A DNA stretch of 64,000 nt from Minutocellus sp. GHC0000111. Its lineage: Eukaryota. Below the pieces are notes generated by a model. The model did not search any database. It saw nothing but the letters and a program-made list of their open reading frames with translations, and was not told the DNA's origin. Within the stretch, counting starts at the first letter, position 1. Each line of letters begins with the position of its first letter. Of this stretch, positions 11,172 through 24,641 are shown in pieces. The DNA lies in assembly GCA_977018835.1 (NCBI GenBank), contig OZ361256.1, positions 5,332,001 to 5,396,000 on the forward strand, read 5' to 3'. The translations under genes and the position numbers were made by a program.

Positions 11172-12000
11172 CTAAAGCTTGGATGGTCGGTCCAAAATCG
11201 ATTTCGATGGTAAAACAAATCCAGCTGGTTTCAACACTTGATGCAGAATTGGCCTTAGAACGATGGCGGTTAGGCCCCATATTTTCCCCTTACCATCGCC
11301 GTTGGGGAGAGGGAAAACCGGTCCCATCGTCCCCAATCGCTTTAGTTCCTCTGCTGTTTCTCCTTCCAGCAACTTGGCCACGCTCACTGCAAAAACCTCG
11401 TCAACTTCACCTGGATTGCCAGGGAAGATATGACGAACCGCATCATGCGATGGGATATCTCGAGTCAGTCAATGCGCCTACGATGGGGGTTACCATATTC
11501 CCGGTGACTGCAGGGACGGGCCCGGTCTGGTCAAGAATTTCCATATCCTCGTCGAAATCATAAGCAGCGTCAGGGTCATGGATGATCAGCGCATCGTGTC
11601 CCAAAAGCTCCTCCTTTGTTTCTCGGATGGCCGTCACGACGGAATCCTCTCGTTCCTCACCGATGCAGTCGGCATGTCCGCCAGGGAAGCTAATCTGGCC
11701 AGCGTGAGAGCTCAATGTCGCGGAGCGGAGGGTGAAAAGGATGGAAGGTTCGTTGTCGACGGTGCATAGTGGCACCAGCACTGCAGCAGGTCGTCGTTTC
11801 CTCACCGGTTTGCCATCCTCTGCCCTCTTGATGTTCACATCCGCTCCGTCATTCGAAGGGATCGTTCCATCTGGGCTTCTGTTAGGATTGACAAATAATC
11901 TGGGAGAAAGGAATTTAGGATCCGGCGGATCCTGGGGATCGAGGAGTTGATTGTGGTGGAGGGCTGGAGGCGCTGGAGGGGAGGAGGTGGTGCCATCATG
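11172..12000 (-). CDS. Nudix hydrolase, CoA-diphosphatase (NUDT7/8-like); apparent frameshifts near 11466 and 11836; start uncertain
   Basis: AAVLVPL, LFTLRSATLSSHAGQISFPGG, AIRETKEE, NPGEVDEVF, IWGLTA. Confidence 0.8.
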
Positions 12001-12359
12001 GTCATGATGGTGCTTCGCTCTGCTCCGCTGGGATGGGAAAATGGCCGGCCAAAATGCTGAAGTCTGGCTGACTACTAGTCTGTGCTTCGCCCGTCATCGA
12101 AAGCGCCAGCAGCACAACATGCAACAAGCCTGCATCGCTTTGATGGACCGTTTTTTTGTGACTGTTTTGGTGGGTCTGTGGTCTGTGCCCATTCTTGACA
12201 TTCAGCGAAAGATAAGAACGAATTGAAGTGTTCCTCCTCGCTCCTTTCCTGCAGCACGTTACATTTGCGCCATCTTCATTCTTTCAGCGAATAGCATCTC
12301 CCTCGTTGTGGGCAAGTAGGCGGGTCTACAATCGTTTATTGATTGTTGTCAAGTAAAAG

Positions 12360-14770
12360 ATGCGCTTCTCCTCTCGCACCGTCGTCGTGCTCCTGCTGGG
12401 AGGTATCGCCGGGACAGCATCGGCCGGATCCTGCCCCACTCAAGTCGCGGTGACCTTCAAGGCCTGCGTCGCGGGAATCAATTCCTACGATAAGTTCAGT
12501 TCGGCGGTGGAATCCGTAAAATCCGGTACTACCGTTTGCTTCGAACCCTTCAAGATTGCCAAGCCCGCCAGTGCTTCCCCGGTCACCATCGAGGGGGAGG
12601 ACGTCCGCATCGCCTGCAAGGTTCCCGGTAGCTGCCACATCGATGGGCTTGGAACACACATTCAAATTGAGGGCACGGATACGTCGGCTACTGTCCAGGG
12701 ATTTTATTTTACGGGTGCCGATGACAACGCCATCCAAGTCCGCAAGGACGCCGGAAGTCGAGCCGGCGGAAAGGAACAGAACATATGCAATTGCCGCTTT
12801 GAGGGGTGAGTGCTTTTCGAATATAATATTGTGAATCGAACTTGTGTGAAATAATTTACTCATCCGCTCCATTCCCTCTGCACTATTATTGACTTCTCTC
12901 TCTCTGCAGCAACAATTCCAACAACAAGGGTGCTGCCATCAAGTTCATGGAGAATAGCAAATCGTACGTCGAGGATTGCGACTTTCGCGAAAATGTCAGC
13001 GAAGCTGCCGGTGGTGCCATTTTCATTACTGGCGCCGAAGTTGAGGTTGTGGACTCGTACTTTGCCGACAACTCCGCCCAAAGTGGAGGCGCCATCTCTG
13101 TCGAGAACGACGGCGAATACGAAAGTGACTTCACCATGTCCGGATGTGAATTCACGGGCAACACAGCCCGAGGACGCGGGCCGGCAGTCTACATTGATGG
13201 CAGGGACGGCGGTGATCCCTACACGGACGGAGGAAACAATGCTGGTGACGACAATAGGCTGGACAGCGGCAACCGAGGCAGTCAGTGGGACTGCAATGGC
13301 GTAAACTTTCTCACCACAAGGAAGTGCGACAAGTTCGACTCGACCAATGTCAAGGTACGACCCGCCTTCAACGATAATGGCGGTGGTGGCACCAGCACGC
13401 CGAAGGTTGAAGATGACAGCGTCCCTGTTGTAAAGCCAAATGACTCTATTTGGCTCGGTAATCGACCCACTGTTCCCGCGCCAAGGCCAACGAATGCTCC
13501 ACCGACCAACAAGCCTTTCATCCCCAACTTCACATCGAGCACTCAAAACGGTGATATCCGTGATTCCGCCATCCCAGCTTCCGAGGTACCAAGGAACCCA
13601 GGCAGGGGCTACTTCAACTTTGATATCAATGACAAAGACTACGGACCGAACGCATGGGACGACGTGCATGCCAAATCAACTGACGAGTATGCGTATTGGA
13701 AGGAATACGACGAAAATCTAAAGCCCGACCTCACAGATAATTACTGCAGTCCAAAGAACAACAAGAGAGCATCTCCGATCGATCTAAACGAGAAAGTTAT
13801 CAACGAGGTTTGCCTAGAATACCATGAAATTCGGGACAAGCCTGGAGAATTCGGCCTGACAGATTCCAGAGTTGACATCGAAATTCTCAAGGACAGACTG
13901 CGTATTCAGTGGCCCAAGAGTGGCTGGTGGGACAATATCCGTGGGCCCAGTGCGGACATTCCAAAAGGGTGGGGCCACCATTTCCCGATCACCCATGCAG
14001 AGCTTGTTATGCCCTCTGCCCATACCCTCAACGGCAAACGATTCGCTGCTGAGTGGCAAATTTGGCTGATGACCGACCGCGGACGGGGCACACCTGCCAT
14101 CTCCATGCTCGTTGATATTGACGAGGTCAATCAGCGCGATAATTGGTACTTCGAGCAGGCCATCACTGCCTGGCAGGACAAATTTGATGAGAATCGGGAG
14201 CAGTGCCGACGAAAAATGCGTGGATTGCGTACAAACGATGGCAAGGGAGGAGGGGGGTCTCAAACGACAAGACTTCTCCTCGCTCCTGACGCTCCCGAGG
14301 GAGAAGAGGACTTGTTTGATTATGACTTCATGACGGCCATGAAGGGCGAAAAGGCTGCAAATGATGCTGAGCGAAAACTACAATCGAGAGCCTGGAACCC
14401 TTTCCACCCTAACACGATGCGTTCAATCTGGTTTTGGGGATACGAGGGATCGACACTCAATCCTCCCTGCTATCCTTTCGTCGAATGGCGCATCATCGAG
14501 AAGCCCTTCACCATCTCGCCCAAGCAGCACAATCAGTTGAAGAATATCCTATTCAACAATGTGGACAGCAACTGTGAGCCTACCAGCATCCACGCTGAGG
14601 GTGGTATTTCTGTCCCTCCTAGAGTTGGTGACAGGGGACAGAGTGTCCACAAGTGCGACTGCTTTGACTTTCTCAGCGATGCTTTCCGCAAACAGAACCC
14701 CCGAATTCGCGATTGTTCTGACTTTAAGAGAAATGAGAGACCATCCTGGGCTATTGACGATGGAAAGTAA
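12360..14770 (+). CDS. Secreted protein: pectin-lyase/Pmp-like beta-helix repeats plus alpha-carbonic-anhydrase-like domain; intron 12806-12909
   Basis: Signal peptide; FxxN/GGAI repeats; SPIDL, PSAHTLNGKRFAAE, YEGSTLNPPC, VEW. The GT-AG intron restores the frame. Confidence 0.85.
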
Positions 14771-15068
14771 GCATGCTAAAGGTTGGGGATCTTTCTTTCC
14801 TGTTTTGTGAGTTCTGATGCCGTGATTCATCACGGTACAAAGAGACTCTACAACAGTACGGTACCATCGCCGATGCAATTCTGGCATTAGCTATCTTCGA
14901 ACAGAAACAATACATGTATTAGGGCTTTATTTTATTCATAGGTATACACATTTATTAAAGCGACAACCTTTGAGGGCAACAGCGGCAGCAGGCAGGCAGG
15001 CAGGCATCGGAATTCAGAGAGGTCAGAGACCGAGAGACTTGCATGTTGTTGAGACTTGTGACTGACGC

Positions 15069-15248
15069 TGCGGCGCCGTGCACAAAGTATGGGCGCGCCC
15101 CATTCTTTAGAGTCCTCCCGCCGTACGCCAATGAAGAGATCTCTAATTTTACCTTGACACTTGGACTCTTATGAGGGGACCTCCTCTCTTTATCACACGG
15201 CCCCCGTACGGCTACGGCACGCAAAAAAACTGCAATGCGCGCAGAACT
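15069..15248 (-). repeat. ~180-bp dispersed repeat, copy 1
   Basis: Reverse complement aligns to 26459-26637. Confidence 0.85.
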
Positions 15249-15338
15249 TTCTTGACATTTCGTCGTCTGGCCGCCATCCGCCATGCGCTCTGCTCAGGCA
15301 ACCGTAACCCGCGCCCCTGCCTGCGACGATAAATCACC

Positions 15339-15920
15339 ATGTCCTCCTCCGTTGCCTCTGGCCCTGCGGAATTGCAGGAGCGACTGCATGCGCTCATCAA
15401 TAATCTCTATAATACCACGGAACTCGTGAAGAATTGGGAAGATAGCGAGAACGCCTCTGACCATGTTCAAACCACAACGAAGCTCCTCGCGTCGCTTCAA
15501 GAGGTCCTACAATCCGTCAAGGACGTGGAGACCAAGGTATTGAAGGGTGACGGCACCGAGGAAGATAAGAAGATCATCCAAGAGCTGAAAGATTCTCCCG
15601 TTCCTCTGGATCTGTTGGAGTTGATGGACTACGGCGGTGGAGTCAACCCCGACTGCTTTGCCCGTGGCCTGTTGCAGACCGCACTCCGTCAACTAGCGGG
15701 TCTGAAGAGGCGGAAGCTTGCGCTGGGCTTGCTGGGGAACGCTGTGAGCGAAGGCATGAAGCGACGAGAGAAAGAGCAGAAGAAGAAAGATGATGAAAAG
15801 AAACAAAGCGGAGAAGAAAGGGGCAAACGAAAACGGGGAGCAGGCGATGATGCAGGTACCGGTGGTACATGTGATAATGAGAAGGCAGAATCCCAACCGC
15901 CGGCGAAGAAGAGGGCATGA
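15339..15920 (+). CDS. MED10: Mediator subunit 10
   Basis: VPLDLLELMDYGGGVNPDCFARGLL matches the Med10/Nut2 signature. Confidence 0.75.
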   Translation: MSSSVASGPAELQERLHALINNLYNTTELVKNWEDSENASDHVQTTTKLLASLQEVLQSVKDVETKVLKGDGTEEDKKIIQELKDSPVPLDLLELMDYGGGVNPDCFARGLLQTALRQLAGLKRRKLALGLLGNAVSEGMKRREKEQKKKDDEKKQSGEERGKRKRGAGDDAGTGGTCDNEKAESQPPAKKRA

Positions 15921-16732
15921 GACATGATACAATGGCTGACTGCCTTTAAATATCTCGCAATCGGGGGGATCTATTTAATTCATAGATTGAAGAGTGTGAA
16001 TTATTGGACAAATGGACATCAACATGTGACATGATGATCGCCTGGCCTGTTTGAGGGCAAATATCTAGCCTACCGGTATGAAGCATATATTATAATGGGA
16101 TAGTACATTTTAGACGTTGAATTTACTTGAAATAGACTACCGTACACGTAGGTTGATATTGTGCGTATCTATCGGTAGCTCCTACAGTACATGCATGTAC
16201 GAGTAGTATTTGCATATTGTTCATTGTGTCCTTCATGCATGGGCCAATAGCCCATGGTGTCCTTCCCATTATTTCCCCAGCCACTGGCGAAAAATGCTTT
16301 CGACAGACCCGGCAGCCCGGCAGGCTCGCGCTTTTCGACCGGCGGGCTCGCAGCAACAACCCAGTTTGAAGTTTGCTTGCCCGGCGATGCGAGAAAATCG
16401 ACATCAACATCAACAGAACAAAGACGCACGCGAAAACAATTCGGCTCAAAGCATTGCTTCAACATACACATACTCTAATCGCGCGACAGAGAAGCGAAGA
16501 CAATCTCTAGTGCAGCGGAACGTTGTGGTACCAGCGTCGTTCAGTTGCTCCTTCGTGGTCAGCTTGCGTCGTTTTGAGCACATCACGTGCGTGCTTTGCC
16601 CCCGTTGTTCTCGCTTGGCGTCAGAAAATTCTTTCTCGACAGTCATCGCTCCAATCAGGTGTCGAGTCCACGTAGCCATCAACTTCAATACACAATATCT
16701 TCTTATTTGATTTCAACTCCTTGCTCAATACG

Positions 16733-18874
16733 ATGGCAGTAAGCGTTGTCGCCTCGGTGCATCGCCGTGGGTCAGTCGACGGGAGAGACGCGTCCACGCC
16801 CAGTAGCGGTGTCGACGCCTGTGACACCACGGTCACGTTCTCGGCTACTCCAGGATCGACATCCGGCTTTGGTCGTTCGGCCAGCATTCAACGCCGAGAA
16901 TCGCTACTTCGCAAGCGTCTTCCCAACAAGTCGTCACCATTCGTTGGAACATTCCGCCACGCCCCACCTTCCTCTTCATCTACTTCGTCGACATCGACTG
17001 TATTCCGCAATGTGCTCAGTCGTAGTCGAGGAAACACATCACCTCAGTTCAAGCCAGCACGTCCAAATTCTCTCGCCGAAGCCAAGGAATTGTTTCGCTC
17101 TACTATTACGTCGACAGCATACGGTCCTTCTTCCTTGCCCATGGAAGCATCGCCATATGTTGGAATGTTTCGACATGCCCCATCGACCAGTCTCGGCAAC
17201 ATGATGAAGAAGCGTCAATGCTCCAACTCCTCTCTTCGCGATATGATTGATTCTGCTTTTACAAGTAAGAAACACATCAAGCTATCGAGCACATCGGAAA
17301 CGACGACTGAAAGAATGCACACCCGCACCGATGGCGTAGAGAATGTCAATGTCATCTACGTAGACGGAAGGTTGCCAGGCGGTCAGCCACTTCCTGATCG
17401 AAGAATCGCTCGAGGCAGTGCCGAGAATTTGGCGACGAATCACGCAACATTTCCGCCCTTGACGTTCCTTGATCAAAGGATTTCCTCTTCCCTTCAGTCC
17501 AATCTGAACTCTGTATCGAGCACTAGTTGCATGAATGATAAATGTACAACTGGCAAAGAAATCAACGACGCCGCATCCTACACGACTTCAACTTCTGCCT
17601 TTGCTGGGAATGCCGAAACCCCTTCAGCAACTTTCGGCATTCTCGATCGCCTGGTGCACTGGCTTCTCTTCCCCATGACCAGTAGTACAATTTCTGGAGC
17701 AGGCATTGCATTTTCCACCTACGATCACAACCAAGGCCGCATCGGATATGGTCTCCTAAACGCTATCCTCCCTTACTTCCATAGTTTCATCAAGAATATC
17801 ATGCTTTTGGAGAATGGTAAAGCTGAAGAGGGCTGTGAGACAAATATTTCAAACGATGGTCAACAAAACGACGAAGATTCCGTCTCTTCATCCGAATCGG
17901 ATCAAGATGAGACGTCTTCCGTTGCGTCTTCCGATGCTTCCGATGCCAGTGGCTTCATGAGTCCTCTAGCTTCTTCCCCTCAAGATCATGCCGCTGGGGG
18001 ACTGGCACAGCTGCTTGCCCTCGATGTCTCAGTCTCGTCCCTCGCTGAGCGTTATTATGCCCACGAAGCCTTCAAGGAGCTTGTTGGGAGCTCCAGTATA
18101 TCATCAGGCGACCCTTCGTCGTCTCCCGGAGCCTCTGGAGTCAATTCAGACAACAGTACCGGCACGGATCCAACGAATGCAAATGCACCCCTATCATCTT
18201 CGCCGGAATCTTTGGACTACGTAATTTCTCAAATCGACATAGCCAGGATGGTCCGCAATGCCTCGAGGCATTTAGATGTTGAAAGTATTCTTAGTCTCCC
18301 AACTATTACCTACAAGTCCAAGAAAAAACAGTCGGAAGAAGATCACCGAAAAGAGGGTTATTCCAATGATCGAGCCCATCATGATCAAGGCACTACTTCA
18401 AGTAAAGAAGATATCAACGAGGAAGATTTGAATTGGAGCTGGATGATGGTCGGCGAAATGGATGGCCTTGATGAATGCGAACCACCCTCTCCAGAAGCCC
18501 CAAGGGCATTCAAGTCCAAAGAACCACACGCTTCAGAGAATGAAGATGCCCCGACCGAAGAAGGCCAACTGATCTCTGACATTGACGAGGATACCTGCGT
18601 CATCTGTCTGGAACATTTCATCGATGGCGATAGGCTCCGAGTCCTCCCATGCGATCACTCTTTCCACGTGGGCTGCATCGACAAGTGGCTTTCTGGCTCC
18701 CTTTCTGACGAAGAATGTTTTACCTCCGGTTGTCCTACTTGTAAGAAGCATCCTGTTCCTATTTACGAAGAGGAGGATGAAATTGCTGAGAGCACTAGTA
18801 ATGATGGTAGCGTTCCGAGTTGGGCCTATGCAAGGCTCGGTGGTGTATTGGCTGATTCTGGATCAACTAAATAG
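16733..18874 (+). CDS. RING-H2 E3 ubiquitin ligase
   Basis: [32 protein letters not shown]...CPTC. Confidence 0.9.
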   Translation: MAVSVVASVHRRGSVDGRDASTPSSGVDACDTTVTFSATPGSTSGFGRSASIQRRESLLRKRLPNKSSPFVGTFRHAPPSSSSTSSTSTVFRNVLSRSRGNTSPQFKPARPNSLAEAKELFRSTITSTAYGPSSLPMEASPYVGMFRHAPSTSLGNMMKKRQCSNSSLRDMIDSAFTSKKHIKLSSTSETTTERMHTRTDGVENVNVIYVDGRLPGGQPLPDRRIARGSAENLATNHATFPPLTFLDQRISSSLQSNLNSVSSTSCMNDKCTTGKEINDAASYTTSTSAFAGNAETPSATFGILDRLVHWLLFPMTSSTISGAGIAFSTYDHNQGRIGYGLLNAILPYFHSFIKNIMLLENGKAEEGCETNISNDGQQNDEDSVSSSESDQDETSSVASSDASDASGFMSPLASSPQDHAAGGLAQLLALDVSVSSLAERYYAHEAFKELVGSSSISSGDPSSSPGASGVNSDNSTGTDPTNANAPLSSSPESLDYVISQIDIARMVRNASRHLDVESILSLPTITYKSKKKQSEEDHRKEGYSNDRAHHDQGTTSSKEDINEEDLNWSWMMVGEMDGLDECEPPSPEAPRAFKSKEPHASENEDAPTEEGQLISDIDEDTCVICLEHFIDGDRLRVLPCDHSFHVGCIDKWLSGSLSDEECFTSGCPTCKKHPVPIYEEEDEIAESTSNDGSVPSWAYARLGGVLADSGSTK

Positions 18875-19088
18875 CTTTTGCAATCATTTATTTTATTTGT
18901 TTGTTGGCAAGGGAGACTAGCGTATGGCGGATGCAAACTCAATAGAAAAGTCTGCTGAGAGGTTTCCTTTGTGCAATTGTTGAAGAGAAGCGCCAAGTGT
19001 CTTTGCGGCCCGCTCTGAACATTATGTAGCTACGCAGTATAAATTGAATACATAATTGCATATAAATTGTTTCCGAGAAGAGGTGATT

Positions 19089-20881
19089 CTACAGGAGACA
19101 ATCTACGTATTCAGACGGCTCGGGGCGGAGGGGAATAAGTCTCTCTCCGAATACTTCTGACATTGCATCCCAGTCAACCCGTTCACTCTGCTCCTCGGGA
19201 CTAACAGACTGCATGAACAAGGCCAATCCCTCCAAGAGAGCCCGCTGACATTGTTGGAGTTCGAAACGCCCGTTGATGTCGTTGTACGCGCTTGCTTTCA
19301 GTGCTCCCTCCCAGCGGGTCCAGTACGAGGTGGCAAGCGGGAGGAGGAAGGCATCGACAGCCTTGGGCCCAAAGCGAGAGATGCCAACGATACCACCGAA
19401 TTGCGTGGTGAGAGGCATGTCTGGAGACAGTGCTTCACAGAGTGTGCGAAGGACTCTGGCTTTCAGTGTTGTGTATTGCTCACCAAATCTGTTTGGCGCA
19501 CACGGTTGAAAATGTGGGCAGCCATTGAGGAAACGAAAGGAGAAGGGGACATTAGTAAATTTGCCAAAACAATAATAAATGAGAAAACGAACGACTGCAT
19601 ACATGCATGTACTTACGTTGAGCAAGCTGCCATCAGTACTTCCGCCGCCTCTTCTCGCAGAGCCCAATGATTACCCCCATCTCCGCCGGCCAGTCTTCTT
19701 GCGACGACACACGTGATGAGAGGGGGTAGGAGCTGGTGCAAATTCAACTCCAAGTGCAGGTGAGGGTTGGAAACCAACTTCTTGGCCAATCGCACCAGAG
19801 TCCGACAATACTCCACCCGGCCGACATTGTCGTAGATCTGCCGCGAAACGAAGCGAACGAAGAAGGGCACCAATTCCTGGATGCCCGAATCCCTCCCAAT
19901 GGCTGCAAGGGCCGATTCGATCTGCGATGGGTTGCCCCGCTCAACAGCCAGCGTTATGCGGGTGAAGTACAGGCGAAGCTCCTCCGATAGGAGACGGGGC
20001 AACAGCTGCCGCACCGAAACACCGCCGGCACCTCCTCCGCCGGAACCAGCGGACGGACCGCCCCCGCCTCCTGCAGAGTCGGCCTTGTTGTCCTCACCGG
20101 CTGCAGCCGCTACTGCCTCGAGATCTTCGTCGTCCTCAACTCGGTGGACGGTCAAGTCCCGCTGCTGGTAGGAGCGGAGGGCCCCGACGCCGACCTGGGG
20201 AACGGCGGCTCCTCCGGCACCCATCGCACCACCGGCCGGTCCATCATCCGCTTCTATTACGGCACCAATCGGAGGTGGGTTCTCGGGAATGTCCGGCTGA
20301 ACTCCGTCGACGGCCAGCCAGTGCGCGCGAAGACCAATCTCCGACGGGGGTCGGAGCGTCATCTCCGTCTTGAGGTATTCATTCAAGTCAACGACGGACG
20401 TCAGCGCTCCGGCGGCGTCCTTCCTCTTCTTGCTGCCGTTGCCATTGTTGGTGCTGCCGTCCTCGTCCTTGGGGGCGGTGGTGACTGTCGGTCCGCCGAT
20501 TTGCCCCGCGTTGGTCAGGTACAGCTTCTCGCTGCCCCGATGAGCCAGGGCGAGGTTGATATCGTCGGCGTGTAGGAGACGGCGGCGCTTCGGACCTCCT
20601 CCCCCGCCAGCAGCTCCAGCCACGGCGCCAGACGAACCCGATGACGACGCCGCACCAACTCTCCCGGCAAGGGCGGCAGCTGCGGGGGAGTTGGGATCAA
20701 CGCCTTCGGGTAGGAGGGGACCGCCTCCTCCGGTACCACCGGCCGTCGGCCCGGCGGCGTTGGTGGTGGGTCGGAACCGCGCCCGGCGGGAGTGCCGCTG
20801 GACGGTCGCAGCCTCCCGGATGAGGGACGTCAGATTGTCCTCGACGAGGTTGCAGAGGGTTGCCCGGGTGGAGGACTGCAT
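19089..20881 (-). CDS. TAF6: TFIID subunit 6; intron 19489-19616; start approximate
   Basis: Histone fold (RHSRR...DDINLAL), AHWLAVDGVQPDIPENP, LSEELRLYF, DSGIQELVPFF, HWALREEAA. Confidence 0.9.
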
Positions 20882-21157
20882 GGTCGTGGTGTGGTTGGAG
20901 TCAACAGGGACTGGAAGATACGCACACGCACACAGTGCAGAAGATGATGCGAAAATAAATAAAAAGGCAACACAAGATGTGGTCCGTCCGCCGTCAGGTT
21001 CAACCATGAACAACAATCAGTGCTTCTTGCTCACTCATTATTTTAGCCCATGGTCTCTTTCATGGGCTAATAAAATGGTCTCTTTCTTTTTTGTACACGA
21101 TGAAGGGATGGCTGCCTCACCTGTAGATCTAGGCTCGACTTAGATTTAGCAAAAATA

Positions 21158-22987
21158 TTACATTACAACAACATGTTGATTCTCAATGTGTGTATCCTCC
21201 AAACGACTCACGATGCACATGTCGGAATTGCTATTGTGCAAAGGCGCTTCTCCGCCGCACGTGAATGCTACCTGCAATCGCTCGGATGCGCAGGATTGCA
21301 AAGCAAAGGTGGACAAACCCATATCGCCGACCTTGGTCCATTTCTTCTCGCACACATCCAGCGAACGGATCATACTGAATTTGATCTTGTGACGCTTTCG
21401 GCCAGTCGCTCTGTGCTCGTCCATGGAAATGTCGTGCGCCTGACCTCCAAAGTTTAAAACGTTGTGCCCACCATTAGTAACCACAATACCGGCGGCATCT
21501 CGAGGAACATCCACTGGCCGAGCAAAGGGATCAGTTATGTTGTGATAGATGTACCAGTCTCCCTTCCTGTTGGGTTCGCTACCCATCGTCTCTAGCTGAT
21601 CCAGCGTCCATCGATCGTCCGCCAAGTCATGGGCTAATATTTCTGGGTGAATGTCGCCGTACGGTTCAGTTCGAAAGTTCATAATAATGATCCGAGCTGG
21701 ATCGCTGTTGTTACAAGCTCCCATAGGGATGATTGCAGCATTTCCATTATCCAATCCAAATGGCATCCCTCCGAAGGGACTCCACCACCGTTCTCTCATC
21801 CTATCGTAGCATTGAGTTTGCGGTAGAAACTCGCCGGAATCGTGTTGACCCCTCGTTCCGGCAAAGCTGCAAATCATGGGTGGCTCATCGGGCAAAACAT
21901 GAATCGCCAGCGATGTGCAAGCTCCGCCTGAGCTTGGTAATTTGGGCCCCACCCGGATGGTCATTGTGTCCATGTCAACAATTCGAACGTACTCCGAAGA
22001 GGTTTCGCTGTTGACGGCATCTCCGTGGAAGCCGCAGGGAAGCCAAACCTCTTGCTTGGAGCGTCCCCCACCCATGGAAGACGGTACCGTCGTTCCGTCG
22101 GCATCAATGGCATCGACTAGCACCGCCGAGACGTGATTCAGGTCCGCAAGCAATGCTCCCGATGGATCCGCCCCCTCCGTCGTCTTGGATCTATGCTGGC
22201 CGGTGATCATGTCGATTACCTCGACGTGCCGAGAGTATCTCCCTAGGAGGTTGACGATATGGACATGATCGCCGCGCTTTTTGGACTCCTCGTCGTCGAA
22301 CAGAGCGACGCAGTCATGATTCCGAATACCGTGCAAAAGCGGCGAATTGAGGGCCCACGTTTGCGCTTTGGGGAGCAGGACGTCAGTGTGATCCTCAAAC
22401 AATTTCCGTGATGATGATGTTGACATTCCATCGACTGCCGACTGAAGAGCAAGCATGTCACTACCACCGATACCGTTGCTGCCTTTGCCATCGCCGAGCG
22501 CGGTGTTTACAAGAGAACGTGTCGGTGCATCATAAATTGAACGAATAATTGCTTTGCGCTCTTCGGCCGATTGGTATTTGCCACCAGTTTCAGCATTGGA
22601 GGTGGTCAACAATTCTGGCGGGACAGTTGTTCCGCTTTCCTCGGAGAATTTGCCGTAAACGTAGTATGGAAAGTGGAGGTGTGGCACGTGCTGGTCTTCC
22701 TTGCCTTCCTTGTTGTTTGCTTGGGCGATCGTCGAATGTTCGGGCGTCTTGCCCCCTTTCCTTCTCATATCGTGCCGCAACTTTGCCGACGCCACGGCAG
22801 AACCAACGGACGAATGGGTCGGTATCGGCGCCGCATGCGCAGTGGTGATACTCGTTGAATCATCGTCAGTGGTGCTTTTTTGGTTCTTCTCCAGAATAAA
22901 AATGCAGGCGAACACGCTGGCGAAGCAAAGAGTCGCCCCTACGAACAGAACGGTCCAGACAGAAGCGCCCCTTACAGCATTCGCCAT
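21158..22987 (-). CDS. Membrane-anchored Kelch/beta-propeller-like protein
   Basis: N-terminal TM helix; repeated GG doublets with downstream aromatic residues (CYDRMRERWW, KKWTKVGDM). Confidence 0.65.
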   Translation of the reverse strand: MANAVRGASVWTVLFVGATLCFASVFACIFILEKNQKSTTDDDSTSITTAHAAPIPTHSSVGSAVASAKLRHDMRRKGGKTPEHSTIAQANNKEGKEDQHVPHLHFPYYVYGKFSEESGTTVPPELLTTSNAETGGKYQSAEERKAIIRSIYDAPTRSLVNTALGDGKGSNGIGGSDMLALQSAVDGMSTSSSRKLFEDHTDVLLPKAQTWALNSPLLHGIRNHDCVALFDDEESKKRGDHVHIVNLLGRYSRHVEVIDMITGQHRSKTTEGADPSGALLADLNHVSAVLVDAIDADGTTVPSSMGGGRSKQEVWLPCGFHGDAVNSETSSEYVRIVDMDTMTIRVGPKLPSSGGACTSLAIHVLPDEPPMICSFAGTRGQHDSGEFLPQTQCYDRMRERWWSPFGGMPFGLDNGNAAIIPMGACNNSDPARIIIMNFRTEPYGDIHPEILAHDLADDRWTLDQLETMGSEPNRKGDWYIYHNITDPFARPVDVPRDAAGIVVTNGGHNVLNFGGQAHDISMDEHRATGRKRHKIKFSMIRSLDVCEKKWTKVGDMGLSTFALQSCASERLQVAFTCGGEAPLHNSNSDMCIVSRLEDTHIENQHVVVM

Positions 22988-23410
22988 GGCCACGACAAAA
23001 TGGAGGGGATTGGGAGGGGGGGTTTCGGACAGACCAAGGACCAAAAATAAGCCTCGAGCTATTTCATTCTACTCCAAGTTGCAAAGTCAACTCTCACTCT
23101 CAAACCAATTAATTGCTCAAACTCCACTCCATCCAAGCAACGCAAGGACATTATTGAAGCACCATACCAAGTATTGGTGCAGATTTAATTAACTTAATTG
23201 GTCGCGCATCATCAGCAAGCTTTGCTTTGATCCAAACTTGGCATCGCTGGTAGATCTACATGTACCGGTACTGCCCGTTTCGTGATTCTTCTCGCACTTG
23301 CAGACTATTTTAAATAGGGCCTCAACACTTGTCTAGCTAGCTAGTAGGTTCCTAGTACCGACCTACATGTACAGCAGACTCATTATCGAATTCACTACCT
23401 ACCGGTACTT

Positions 23411-24641
23411 TTAATAGTCATCACTCTCACTGTAATCTTCGTATGTATCCCCATCGTCGTCGTTATCGTCCAGCATACCAAAGTCAAAACTCATCTTCCT
23501 CGTCTTCTAATGCATCTTCATTGTCATCAATTTCTGCTCCCGGACCGACGGTTAGCGGTACGCACTCCTCCAACATGGCAGATTCCATGTCCACGACGTA
23601 ATCTCGAATCTGTCCCTCCAATTTGCCAAACCCTCGCGCAGTCGCCTTCCATGCCAATTGGCCCATGATCAGCTTGAGAGGGAGCGAGGCATGGACGAAC
23701 GTCCTCCACGAAATCCACTTGGCCCAGAACGGACCACTCACCAGCAATCGGTTGACCATGTATTCCAACGCCGGCATCGATACGATGAGAGCTGTCAAGA
23801 TCGACAGCACCACGAGAGATCGAAGGACGATGCCGCCACCTAGATCCAGCAAAATATTGCTCAGGAGAAAACCACGGAATCCGGTATGTTGCAAGAAGGA
23901 GAACTCGGACTCGTCACTGAACCACGATCTCAATATGGCATACTTGGAATGCCACATGGGCTCGACCTTGGCCGTGTCGGTCCGACGGAGTCTGTTGAGG
24001 GCGGTGATGGAAATCCAATTCTCCGTCCCGATCGGGGCCACCACTTTGGAGTTGGGCTCGGCATCGAACGAAAACAGGCAGGATTTGGGCTGCTCTTCCG
24101 TGGCCATGGCGCAGTCCCAATCGGTGGGTTCAGGTGGCTTGTCCCCATCAGCGATGGAAACGTCGGCAATGGTGGTGATTGGAAGGCCTCGCTTAGCCAG
24201 AGCCTCGCTAAGGAACGTCGACCGCAAGTTTAGCAGTAGTTGCTGTTCCGTCTTCCACTTTTGCAGCTTGGCAGCTTCCTCCTTGGCTGCGGCTGCCACT
24301 TTTTCCTGCTCTTCGGCATCCTCCTCCTCCACATCTTCGTCTTCCTCATCTGACTCTTCTACGTATTCGTCAGGACGGGCCGCTGCCGCCGTCGAACCAC
24401 CGCGTGGAATACCATACAAAATCGACGATGATGATATCGGCTTTATTCTATGCGTCGCCACTGATTTGGAAGGTACATGTTGGGCGAAAGGAGCAATGAA
24501 TGATTTTCGAAAGGTGCCACCTGGAGCAGGTGTTGAAGTTGCTGTGACGGAGGCAGAGGTTGCCACAATTGCCAGCACAAGCCATGTGGACACACGTGCG
24601 GCGCTTTGAGACGATGCAGAGCAAGGCCTTCGAGAAATCAT
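23411..24641 (-). CDS. Hypothetical membrane protein with signal peptide and RGG motif; 1-nt homopolymer frameshift near 23487
   Basis: 385-aa ORF. The acidic tail continues in the neighbouring frame (FDFGMLDDNDDDGDTYEDYSESDDY*) to 23411. Confidence 0.7.

Noticed and set aside
14955..15284. Similar translated ORFs at 14955-15284 and 26278-26775
   Set aside because: The similarity comes from the nucleotide repeat; no evidence of coding.
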